Translations under genes and position numbers: made by a program
The notes under the pieces: generated by a model
Told to the model about the DNA's origin: nothing
The model's database searches: none
What the model saw: the letters and a program-made list of their open reading frames with translations, nothing else
From: Marsupella aquatica
Lineage: Eukaryota; Plantae; Marchantiophyta
Reading direction: 5' to 3'
Assembly: GCA_973895155.1 (NCBI GenBank)
Contig: OZ316895.1
Coordinates: 1 to 64,000, forward strand
DNA length: 64,000 nucleotides
Shown here: in pieces, positions 37,954-48,548 of the stretch
Layout of the letters: every line of letters starts with the position of its first letter
Position numbering within the stretch: the first letter of the stretch is position 1

Positions 37954-38782
37954 AATCAGCCATTTCCCACATCCAAAATTGAATGGTAACACTTTTGATA
38001 CTAACGTAGTTTAAAGGTTTCGACATGAATGCTATTGCTGCAAAAATGTTTAACCGGAAATGTTATGGGAGTCGACTATGGTTTAACCATAAATGTTATG
38101 GGAGCTAATCAGCCATTTCCCACGTCCAAAATTGAATGGTGACACTTTTGATACTAACGTAGTTTAAAGGTTTCGACATGAATGCTATTGCTGCAAAAAT
38201 GTTTAACCGGAAATGTTATGGGAGTCGACTACGGTTTAACCGGAAATGTTATGGGAGCTAATCAGCCATTTCCCATGTCCAAATTGAATGGTGACACTTT
38301 TGATACTAACGGAGATTAAAGGTTTTGACATGAATGCTATTGCTGCAAAAATGTTTAACCGGAAATGTTATGGGAGTCAACTACGGTTTAACCGGAAATG
38401 TTATGGGAGCTAATCAGCCATTTCCCACGTCCAAATTGAATGGTGACACTTTTGATACTAACGGAGATTAAAGGTTTTGACATGAATGCTATTGCTGCAA
38501 AAATGTTTAACCGGAAATGTTATGGGAGTCGACTATGGTTTAACCGGAAATGTTATGGGAGTCGACTATGGTTTAACCGGAAATGTTATGGGAGTCGACT
38601 ATGGTTTAACCGGAAATGTTATGGGAGCTAATCAGCCATTTCCCACGTCCAAAATTGAATGGTGACACTTTTGATACTAACAGAGATTAAAGGTTTCAAC
38701 ATGAATGCTATTGCTGCAAAAATGTTTAACCAGAAATGTTATGGGAGTATACGGTTTAACCGGAAAATTATGTTATGGGAGC
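37954..38782. repeat. tandem array of 5 x ~152-bp units with nested ~32-bp subrepeats
   Basis: aatcagccatttcccacgtccaaaattgaatggtgacacttttgatactaacg... with subunit ggtttaaccggaaatgttatgggagtcgactat. Related single units occur at about 14420, 15160, 42430 and 43168. Confidence 0.93.
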
Positions 38783-41324
38783 CTACGAGCGACGAGCACA
38801 TTAAAGAACCAGATTGCAGACGGGCAATAGGAATTCTAGAAGACCAAATGAATACTTCCCGACCATAATACCAGCCCAACCATGGCACAGAAGGGAATTT
38901 GAAGGTGAAGAGCACATTAAGGAACCAGATTGAAGGTGGGCGGCAGGAATTCTAGACAGCCAATCTTTTCCGACTAAAATACCAGCCCAACCATAGTGCA
39001 GAAGGGAAGGGTCTGTCGGCAATTTGAATTACTTGTTCCCAGGCTGCTGCCAAGTGCAAGCAAGTGTGGACGTGGGTTCCCACTTTAGTTAGACAAACCA
39101 TATTGAAGAAATTCATTGAACGTGGGACGAACGAAAGTATTGTGCTTGCAAAAAGAATAGAGACAGTTTGTGTCTATCCCAACTTCATATTCTCGTTGCC
39201 TTTGGCAACAGAGAAGAAGATTTAATTGCACAATGAATTGGTAATACAGAGCGTGCAATGGTTTTGGTGGGGACAGTTGCCAACTCAATAACTTTGAGCT
39301 TTTAACTATGTTATGGCCTACCTAATTATCACTGAAAGTGCTCAGACAATAAATGTTCACCTATTGCCGTAAAGTATAAACATTGTGCACGTTCAGTTCC
39401 GCTACTTGAATTTTCTAAATCAAATTGGCAAGTGTTGGATTACACATCACTTCCCAAGTTAAAGCAACTTAAATTAGCTGGAGTGAGGGATCGCCACCTA
39501 TTGGAATTTGGAACTGGAGTGCTTCTTGTGCACCACCATCAGCTTTGCCTCGGCCGACTTTTGGTGTAGTCCTCCCATCAAGCGTGCGTAGCCCCTGAGA
39601 CACGAATTGCAGCTCATGAGCTTCAAACGCTCTACAAGCATTACAAGCATTTGTGTGGCAATTCTAATGGTTGTCGTGAGCAATTGAAGGATAGACTTCT
39701 ACTGTAGATAATAATGCCGGCAGCCCCATCCCAATTTCCTCATTCCAATCAGTAGTGTGCTTTGGTTTATTCCACATCTCTTGTGGGGCCCGATAGAAAC
39801 TTCCAACCATGGTAACTCAAATGAGCAAGAAGCAGAAGAGGTATTCATCAATTTGACTAACCGGTGTTGCGACAACGCTCGCTCAAAAGGACTCAAACAA
39901 TTCCAATGCCAATTTTCAAGTGGCTCGCTCAGCCACTCGCTGCGAAGTTGCGCAGCTACCTTCGGTTCTGCTGTTGCATGAAGACACGGAATTGGCCAAA
40001 AAAATTGCAAACAGTTATGTGAAGGAGAAACGATGCAGGTGGGGCAAGTCAATGGCCCGGGCCAAACTCAAAGCATCGATTCAGAGCTTGAAAGCGAACA
40101 AAATGGCAGCTAACTAAAAAGTTTTGTTGTGGTGGGTGTGTTGACCTCGCCACACAACAACTCACGGGACGGCAGGGTGAAACAAGTTATAAAAAGTTAA
40201 GTTCCAAGATTTTTGGCACTTAACTTTCCAGTGAAGTACTCGCAAAATGACGGACACTAACTAGAGATCGTTAGTGATTTTAACTATCAGATTTAACTAT
40301 GAGTGTGAGTTGAGCCGGCAGGAACCCTACGCCTATTTTCTTTTGATTTAACAGGATTAGTTGAAAAGATAACCCACCCTAAGAAAATTAACTAGGCGCA
40401 GGGGGGTTTTGGACAGCCCAAATGTCTATTTTTACTTAGAATCTCATGTTGAGCGAGTATTTAACCAAAAAGTTAAGTGCAAACACACATGGAACTTATC
40501 TTTTTTCACCCCCGCACTCACATAAATGTTTGTCGTGGTAGAAGAGCAGAGAGCCAGAGCCACACACTCTTTCAGTCCCACTTTGTCTTGGCTTGGGTTT
40601 GTTACTTACTATGCTCCATGTTGACGACATTCCTACTCCTTGTTCCTCCTCGGACCCAATGACATCAGACTTTTAACATGACGGGTTTTTCAGTTAGAAC
40701 TGGGGATAGGAGAAAAATTTGTCTTTAATCAATGCAAATGATCAGAACAGCCACACATTCAAGCACATAATTATATACAAGCCATCCGGATAGTGCACTT
40801 GTGATGCTCGTTGAACTCAAACTGCCATCGGAAGCTATGGACAAAATGCTTGACAGAATTACACAATCACTTGTTATACATAGTTGATATATTCTTGAAT
40901 TCATTTTTCCTGTCCACTTGGAAATTGCACAGATTAACAGAAGTATCCATGAAGGTCTGTCATCGTAGAAAGAGATTTCCAGCAAAAACTTGTAAGAAAA
41001 TTGCAAGACGTGAGGTGCTCAACAGTTTTTTGTGTCTTGGCCAGTCTTGGGAGGCCATAGGCATTCGTCTATTTGCAAGACGTTTGTTAGCTTTTTTGGG
41101 TTTGCATAGATTACGGTACGGTGGCTACAGAGAGCAGATTGCCTGCCATTGCTCGAGGATATGAAGGAAATGCTAAGTCGAGCAGCAATTCCAACCAGAA
41201 GAGAGAAGAGACGGGTACAAAGGAAGATAGCAGGAGAGCTAGAACTATAATGCGACAGAAGTGGCAGTAAGTTTGAAGGCTGCTTTCACGCTCTGTCAAA
41301 AAATATGAAAAAGTTTTGTCTCGG

Positions 41325-42340
41325 TATGGCCAGCGCCCACTCGCAGTGGAAGTCTAAACCGACCTCATTGAAATCTACAAATGTGATCCACTGCCACGCA
41401 ACGGAGGCCACCTCCCATGGACCTGTCCACCTGAAGAAACCCACCTGGTATTCCCACGGCCGACAATGAGAAAATCTTCTGCATCCCCATGGAGATTCTA
41501 CAGCTGGGTAGCCAACGGATTTTTGGGAATAAGGTGGTACTAGGCTTTGAATCGGAATTCAATTCCTGGCAGGCTAGAGATTGGCTTTCGGCTTTCAACC
41601 AGGAGAATGAGATTAAGTTGGGACTCCACGACGAACTGCCTAATGCTCTCTTTGTGGTTCAATTCAACGCCAACTTGGGGGGAAGACATCAAACGACAAC
41701 TGCTCCAAAGATCTCCTCTCAAGGCACTTGACAAACACGCCGTAGTGAATGACTACAAAGCAAACTTTGACCCGTGTAACCAACCAGACTTCAAGCAGTT
41801 GGAATCTATCTACATCAAACGGGGCGACCCGGTGATCTATGAATTTATCAAGTTCATTGTGGCGCCGGTGGGTAAATTTGCTCGGGCTAAGCTAGCCTCC
41901 GGTATTGAGCATCATCACATTTCAGCTCTGGTGGAATTCACACTCAAGATTTTCCCAACGGCTTAGTGACTCCGAGGTGTCTACTATCCTCTTCGACTAC
42001 GTGGGCAGGAATCTGCGGTCAGTGTTGTTTTTGCTTCTCCTACAGGCACTTACCGGCCGCGTGTTCTGCATCACGGCCCCATTATTTTGACAACCTTGTA
42101 ACACAATTCAACATTCGTGAAGCGGGAACTCGACATCCCACACATCCAAAGGAACGGCCGGATCGCGAGGTCCTACAAGTGTGCCAAGGGGTGGAGTATA
42201 AGGCAAGGCAGAAGGCAGCTTTTTGGCAGGCGTAGGCTGAGGAGCAGCAACAACGGGAGGAAGCTGAATTACAACACCTGGCATTACGGGCCCAAGAGTT
42301 TGAGGCGGATCGGGCATAGACCCGGGTGTGGATTAGCATA
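41325..42340 (+). pseudogene. LINE (L1-type) ORF1-like relic: DUF4283/RRM-like region plus zinc knuckle
   Basis: LPNALFVVQF...IKRQLLQRSPL...VVNDYKANFDP...VGKF...ILFDYVGRNLR..CCFCFSYRHLPAAC (CX2CX4HX4C), with frameshifts. No ORF2 follows. Confidence 0.65.
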
Positions 42341-44407
42341 ATTGAGTCTAGAGAGTAAATAATATATCACAACTGTACAAAGTGAATTAGTTCCAATCAG
42401 GAAGCCTGGTCTTCTTTAATTTGTATCTCATTTCCCACGTCCAAAATTGAATGGTGACACATTTGATGCTAACGGAGTTTAAAGGTTTCAACATGAAAGC
42501 TATGGGAGTCTACGGTTTAACCGGAAATGTTATGGGAGCCTCCACTTTAACCGGAAATGTTGTGGGAGTCCATATGCTGAAACTTGGAGACATACCATGC
42601 ATCGCATGTGAGACACAGCCTTTACATAAGAGTCTTGTATGGTGGGTTGGACAATGAAGGCGATTTGGGTCCTAGGAGTGTCTAAATGGAGTTGCAACAC
42701 AGATGGAGGTGAGTAGCAAGGCATGAATACCGCAACCATGGATGTTGTACAGAAGAGAAGCTCCATCACTGCACACTCGGCCTGAAACCACGCCACGCCA
42801 CTGCCACCAGTAAGCATAAAAAATGCAACCATTCGGAAACGCCTTCGCTCGAAGACTGCATCCAACAACGACTCTAATCCATCACTTGCTGCAATTATTG
42901 ACGACGTCAGTACGCCATCCAAGCGACGCAAGATTCAAGATGCAGATTGAAGGAATTTGGAGGTGGCGAGCATAGTCAAGGACCAGATTGAAGGCCACCG
43001 ACAGGAATTCTCGAAGGCCAATTCTTCTCGACCAAAATACCGACCCAACAGTAATGCAGAAGGGAATTTGAAGGTGACAAGCACATTAAGGAACCAGATT
43101 GAAGGCTGGTATAGGAATTCTAGAAGCATTGACCAAGCTTTGTTTCCTTTGTATTTCTCACGAACCTAATTGAATGGTGACACTTTTGATGCTAACGGAG
43201 TCCAATGGTTTCAACATGAATGTTATAGCTGCAAAAGACTTTTATTGGAAATGTTATGGGAGTGCGGGACTACAAGTGAGTCACAATGAATGCTAGTGGT
43301 GTATGAACACTTAAAAAATAATGTTATGGGAGCCTACGGCAACCACCCGTAAGTCACCCTAATCAATACTAGCAGAGTTTAAAGGTTTTAATAATAATGT
43401 TGTGGGAGTCCAAATGTTGAAACGTTGAGACCGTGCACTGCATGTAGGAGACCATGCACCGCGCTCCCTAAATACCCTGAAATGGCCTGAAGACCGGCCT
43501 CATTGCACGCGCTGTGCAGAGAAGATATATACAGGCCATGGCGGAGACTCAGAGAAGGGAAAGGGCGTTGAAGGGGGAACTTGAGGATATCCGCGCAGCC
43601 TTTGAACAGAAGGAGGCCAAGTTAGGGAAATCCTATCAAGCAATTATTGAGCTGCAACAGGAGCTTGTATCCCTGATGGCCAGCTTCAAGGCCGACCTCG
43701 GTGAGAAAGATGACCAGCTCGACCAGACTTATGCCAAGATGAATAAAATGGAGTCTGAGGTCGTAACGGAGCTCGACAAGGAGCTAAGAGCAACCCAGGA
43801 GGAGAGGACTACCTTAAAGGAGGAGTTGGAGGAAGCCCAAAAGGAGCTGGAGGAGGCACGCAAGGACCCGGACGAATTGCAGGAGGAGTTGGAGGAAAGC
43901 ACGCGGAAGATGGAGAACTTACAGGGGCGAGCCGACAACCAAACGGAGCGGCTGAAGAAACAGGCCGCAGTATTTAAGTGCTTGGCTTCCTCAGGTCCAA
44001 CTCCAATAGGGGCAACTAAGTTTCCAGGAGTAGTACTGGCCGAAGGACAAGCCGAGACACTCGCACCGGTGCCGGAGGTAAGTGGCAAGGGGAAGGGACC
44101 AGCTGCCAAAATAGGGAAGAAGAAGAAGCAAAACCTTCTGGGTCAGGGAGTAACACGGCTTCCCAAGCCGTCTTGACCAAGGAGGTAAACCCGGCACCAA
44201 CCTCAGGAAGGGTCACGACAGAGGATCCAACGGTCCCACAAGGCGGGGATGGCAAGGGCAAAGCCGGAATGCTCAGTGATGAGGCCGGTGTACCGAATCC
44301 ACCACTAGAGCAGGCCGTAGCCATATAGGAGGCCGTGGCCGATGCTGAAGACGAAGCCGAGGGTGGACCCAGTCAGGGCGAAGGAGAGTTGACTTGGTCC
44401 GGAGCAG

Positions 44408-44759
44408 AGGTGTTTACAAAAGACAGCAAACAAGAAACAGGATTTAATAACAGAAACTGGTAACACGAAAAAAAACTGGTAACAGGAAAATGGGTGGAAT
44501 TTTTTTTGATTTTTTTTTTAATTTTTAATTTTTTTTCCGGTCGACCAGTTTTTTTTGCTAGCGCCCGGCGCTGCTAATAGTAGCGCCCAAAGCTAGCCAA
44601 AAATGTTGCATTGTTAATTTTTTTGGAAATAACATGTTTTAGGAGACATTTTTAAATTGTCATTTTTCCTGGTAACAGTGATTTTTTCCTGGTAACAACA
44701 TTTTAAAAATAGGAAAAAAAATCCTGTTTACCTGTTTCCTGTCTCCGTCGCTATACCCT
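44408..44759. mobile_element. ~350-bp MITE with imperfect TIRs and a probable 9-bp TSD (Mutator-like)
   Basis: ccggagcag occurs at 44399-44407 and 44760-44768 (the direct repeat extends to 11 bp). The ends agacagcaaacaagaaacagg / cctgtttacctgtttcctgtct are inverted. The empty site is visible at about 45335-45345. Confidence 0.8.
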
Positions 44760-45007
44760 CCGGAGCAGATAATCTATTAGAGGACGGACCTACGGTAGTG
44801 GTTGCGGAGGAAGTGTTGGGGGCGTCCATTGAGGATCAGCCACCACTACCATGACAGTGGTGGAGGGCCACTCCTTTTAAGGAGGGCGGACGTGGAGGAA
44901 GGAGGCGTGAGTGGGCAGGGCGGGCTCAGATCTCCAAGTTTAGAATTAGGATCAGGACCGGGAGGCGGCCCTGACACTTAGCTTAGTGGGATTGCGGATT
45001 GAGGACC

Positions 45008-45034
45008 TTAGGGTTTAGGGTTTAGGGTTTAGGG
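45008..45034 (+). repeat. interstitial telomeric tract at a rearrangement junction
   Basis: ttagggtttagggtttagggtttaggg. Confidence 0.9.
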
Positions 45035-47674
45035 CACGGGTTGAGGACCTGTATCATCGAATCCGGATCAAAGGTGGACAACACGAAGGCTTAGAAGCCC
45101 TTAAGCCGGGGTCGATCCTGCTATCGACTAAGGTATGTTCCGGCGGCGGAATACAAACCATACCTAGGAGGTGTCCGTACCTAACAGTAGGCGCACTTAG
45201 CGCTAGTTTACACGAATTAGGTGCATTACGTGCTTCCCTCCCTGCCCGAACCCTCATATTTACGAAGGATGTGCCCGTCTAAGTTGAAGTCCGAGTTAAG
45301 GCCAAAGCCAACGACGTGACAAGAGTTGACTTGGTCTGGAGCAGGTAATCTGTTAGAGGACGGACCTACGGTAGTGGCTGCGGAGGAAGTGTTGGGGGCG
45401 TCCATTGAGGATCAGCCACCACTACCATGACGGTGGTGGAGGGCCGCTCCTTTTAAGGAGGGCGGAAGTGGAGGAAGGAGGTGTGAGTGGACAGGGCGGG
45501 CTCAGATCTCCAAGTTTAGAATTAGGATCAGGACCGGGAGGCGGCCCTGACACTTAGCTTAGTGGGATTGCGGATCCACTGGTAAGAGCAACACTTGTGC
45601 TCCTGCCTTGCTGTACATAGGCAGATTATAGTTAGGATAGATTAGGCTTATGCTGCAAGGAATTAGGCGGATCCACTACCAGGATAAGTACCTAGGCAGT
45701 GGGGAGCTCAGGGCCTTCTTCCTTAGCAAGTTTTTAGTGCACCAGCAGGGCTGGGATCAAGTAGTTAAAGAAGCTCTTGGTTAGTTATGCTGTGACCCTT
45801 GTGTATATTCATGTTTCCTCATACCTAAGAGATGAATAGAGTTGGCCTCACGGCTTAGTTCGCAGATCTTGTGTATGAGAAGTATTGTTTGTATGGCAAG
45901 TGCATGGTATAACCCAGTCAGAATGAGTCATTTTGCTATTTGTGTGTCGCATTAACTTGTTTGAAGATTGCCCACATCAACCAAGAAGGGAGTAAGAAAG
46001 GTAGTAAGAGTTGGATGTGTCGAGCTGAGAGAGGTCTTAGCGGCTTACCCAAGCCAGTTGGGGATCATTCCGGCGGTGGAATCCAAACATACCTAAAGGA
46101 GGACAAGGAGAGAAGGACGAGGGAAGGCATAGAAGAGGCCTACTACGTATCTCATGACCCGATGAAGGATCTGTCCAGTATATGTGTGTAAAATGTTAGT
46201 AGAAGAAAGTTAGCAGCATCCCATGTCGCTAAGCCGCGAAACCGGCCTCGCAAGGGTGAAACCTGCGGGAATCGGCTTGTGTAGGGGGGTTTCTTGGGTC
46301 AAGGAGCCATGGGACGCACCACACTTATCATACTTTAAGATATTTTCCTTTTGTTTTATTAATTGTTTCATTTTATTATTTGATGGTTACCAAATGCTGA
46401 GTTACCATTAAAAACTACTCACCGCTGTGGAGCAATCTTCAAATACCTGAGTAAAGTAATCAATTTTGATTACTATGTGTTAGAGAGTATCTTTAAACTC
46501 TCATTTGTGTTTTATTTATCAAATCAACCCCATCTTGTTCTTAAAGGGAACGAATACCGAGTCGATAGAGATAAAATTGTGTTTTTAGTCTTTTATCAAC
46601 TACTACAGTTCTCCTTATCCAAGCACACACCTCTTATGATATAGTGTGCAACTTAGTTAACCTAACCACGTCGTACCTAACCTAGACGTAAGAGTAAATA
46701 CCTAACAAAACACAGGCACAATCAAATAAATTATCTAGTAATTCTGGGAGTTCAAATTCTGGTCTGGAATCTGGAATATGGCTGGCAATCATTAAACCCT
46801 TATTAAGCTCCTCTCGCACTGATGTTTAAACTATCAAACTCCACTTGCATCAAAGGCGCAAGCTCTTTGGCGATCTCTGCTTCATCATTCATGGGGAAAG
46901 CATTGATCAGTTAGCCGAAGCCTCGTTTTGGGTCTATAACGATTCAAGATGAGTCCTACAAGGGAAGAGATGAACGAGTGTCAAGCGACCCCCAGCAGTC
47001 TACAACTGAAGCGGCCCGAACGCCCCTCATCTTCATTGAGGGAGTACTGAACAAAACCGAATGCAAGAATTAAAACAGTCAAAACACCTTGGAATGTTTT
47101 CGGAGGCATGATTGAGCGACTTTGTCCTTAACTCCACTAGATCTTATTGCTACACAGCGGCAACATAGGTCAGAACGGGAGTAACACAAGAGAAAAACCT
47201 TCAGCAGTCACGTTCAGCATCAACATTAACAGAATCCAAATAGAGCGGCAAATGTTCATTAGAATGACCGACATAAGCATATAATAAAACAAGTATGGCA
47301 CGCATTCAAAAAGATGGCATACATCCAAAGCAATTGATATGGAAAGAGAAATAAAAACCAGGCCACTCAAAGCTGAGTTGTGCTCCAACCGTCAACTCAC
47401 AGCCGCACCCACATTCACCGCAGCCGGTCATCTTGAGCCTAGACAAAACACCCGAATCTACTCAAGCTCTCGATGAACACGGAATGAGAGGCACGAAGGA
47501 GAATGACTAGAATGCGAGAGAAAGCTCATCCCGGCCGAGACGGAAATGGCTCCTGCACAGACGACAAACTTCCAACCTGACGGCGTTTCGAGAAAGTGAA
47601 ATGGGAAGTGGCAGCATCCTGCTGCTCTCCTAGATTAAGTAACGCCTGCCCAGGAAACCACCGGCCTGGTGAAC

Positions 47675-47815
47675 AAAATCTGGGCCGTCCAATAGCAGCT
47701 GTCCGTTGGATGGTGATGCAGGAACGTCCTAAACCCTAACAATCTGGCTGTTCATTTTTAAATGGAGGGCGGAGATTAGCTGCGGATTGAGCTGAATGGA
47801 CGGCCCAGATTGACC
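47675..47815. promoter_or_regulatory. putative promoter module: telo-box flanked by inverted site II-like elements
   Basis: aatctgggccgtcca (~47678) and its inverse tggacggcccagatt (~47797) surround aaacccta (~47731). Confidence 0.4.
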
Positions 47816-47929
47816 GCGGGTAGAGCAGCCTGAATGAAGGACCAAGATTTGCATCATGAAGGGCGATCCCGAATGGAGGGCCAAGTACCAATACATCTTT
47901 AAGGAGTAAGGAAGGACCATAAACATATA

Positions 47930-48060
47930 CATTAGGGGTTCTCAAATATAGACCCGGGGTTACACAAGGCACAACAGGTCGGCAACGGATCAACATTGGG
48001 AGGTCTCAAATATAGGCCCGGGGGTTTACACAAGGCACAACTGGTCGGGAACGGATCAAC
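47930..48060. repeat. 2 x ~65-bp tandem repeat upstream of the Crinkler-like gene
   Basis: ctcaaatatag.cccgggg...tacacaaggcacaac.ggtcgg.aacggatcaac occurs twice. Confidence 0.85.
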
Positions 48061-48548
48061 TCCTTGTCTGCCGACCGAGGAGAGGAGAGGAGGCCGTCTG
48101 CATAAAGAGTCCGAGCATTCGGTACACTGGTCTGTTCGGCATAGGCTGAAGTAGTGAAGTGAGGCGGATTCGCTAGCAGTAGGGTTTGGAAATTTTGAGG
48201 TGGTGAATCGTTGCATGTTTAATTGATTGTCATGATACGCTGCGGATCAAAAGGCCTTACATCGTGCGGTTGCAGGATTTGGACTGGGTTTTCGGTGATC
48301 CAGGGTTTGGTGGATGGTGAGTTTCACGGCCTTGTACCGTAGTTTTCATCCTTGTGTGTGCTCGTTCCTCTGTCGCTTCCTCTGTTGCTACGATTTCTGT
48401 CAACCCGAGGGTTTCGTTTCTGCTTGTCATTTGTATGTGCTTTGTTTTGTTATAACTTGCGCGTTTGTGGCTGTCTTGTCTCTGCCTGGTTTCATAGCAT
48501 ATATCTTAAGAAGAAGTAAGCACTATATTGTTCAGCCTGCAAGATCCA

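Larger units (their letters stand above)
30648..43534. mobile_element. copy B of the large composite element (longer version with internal genes); right end replaced by a Gypsy relic
   Basis: Homologous to copy A at both ends, with extra internal blocks at 33895-36110 and 37640-42420. Similarity to A ends at agaagatatatacagg (~43534). Confidence 0.7.
43535..46325 (+). mobile_element. rearranged Gypsy-type LTR retrotransposon relic (coiled-coil extra ORF, 3' region, LTR fragment)
   Basis: Coiled-coil ORF ending at 44176. 45035-45321 is the reverse complement of the LTR end at 60416-60700 and ends in CGTGACA. A ~250-bp segment is duplicated (44386-44999, including the MITE, versus 45322-45577). 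The right boundary is approximate. Confidence 0.65.

Noticed and set aside
37954-38782. Repeat-spacer array or RNA gene cluster
   Set aside because: The units are near-identical throughout with no unique spacers, and no tRNA, 5S or snRNA motifs were recognised.
39480-40120. Short ORFs inside copy B
   Set aside because: No consistent frame or recognisable domain.
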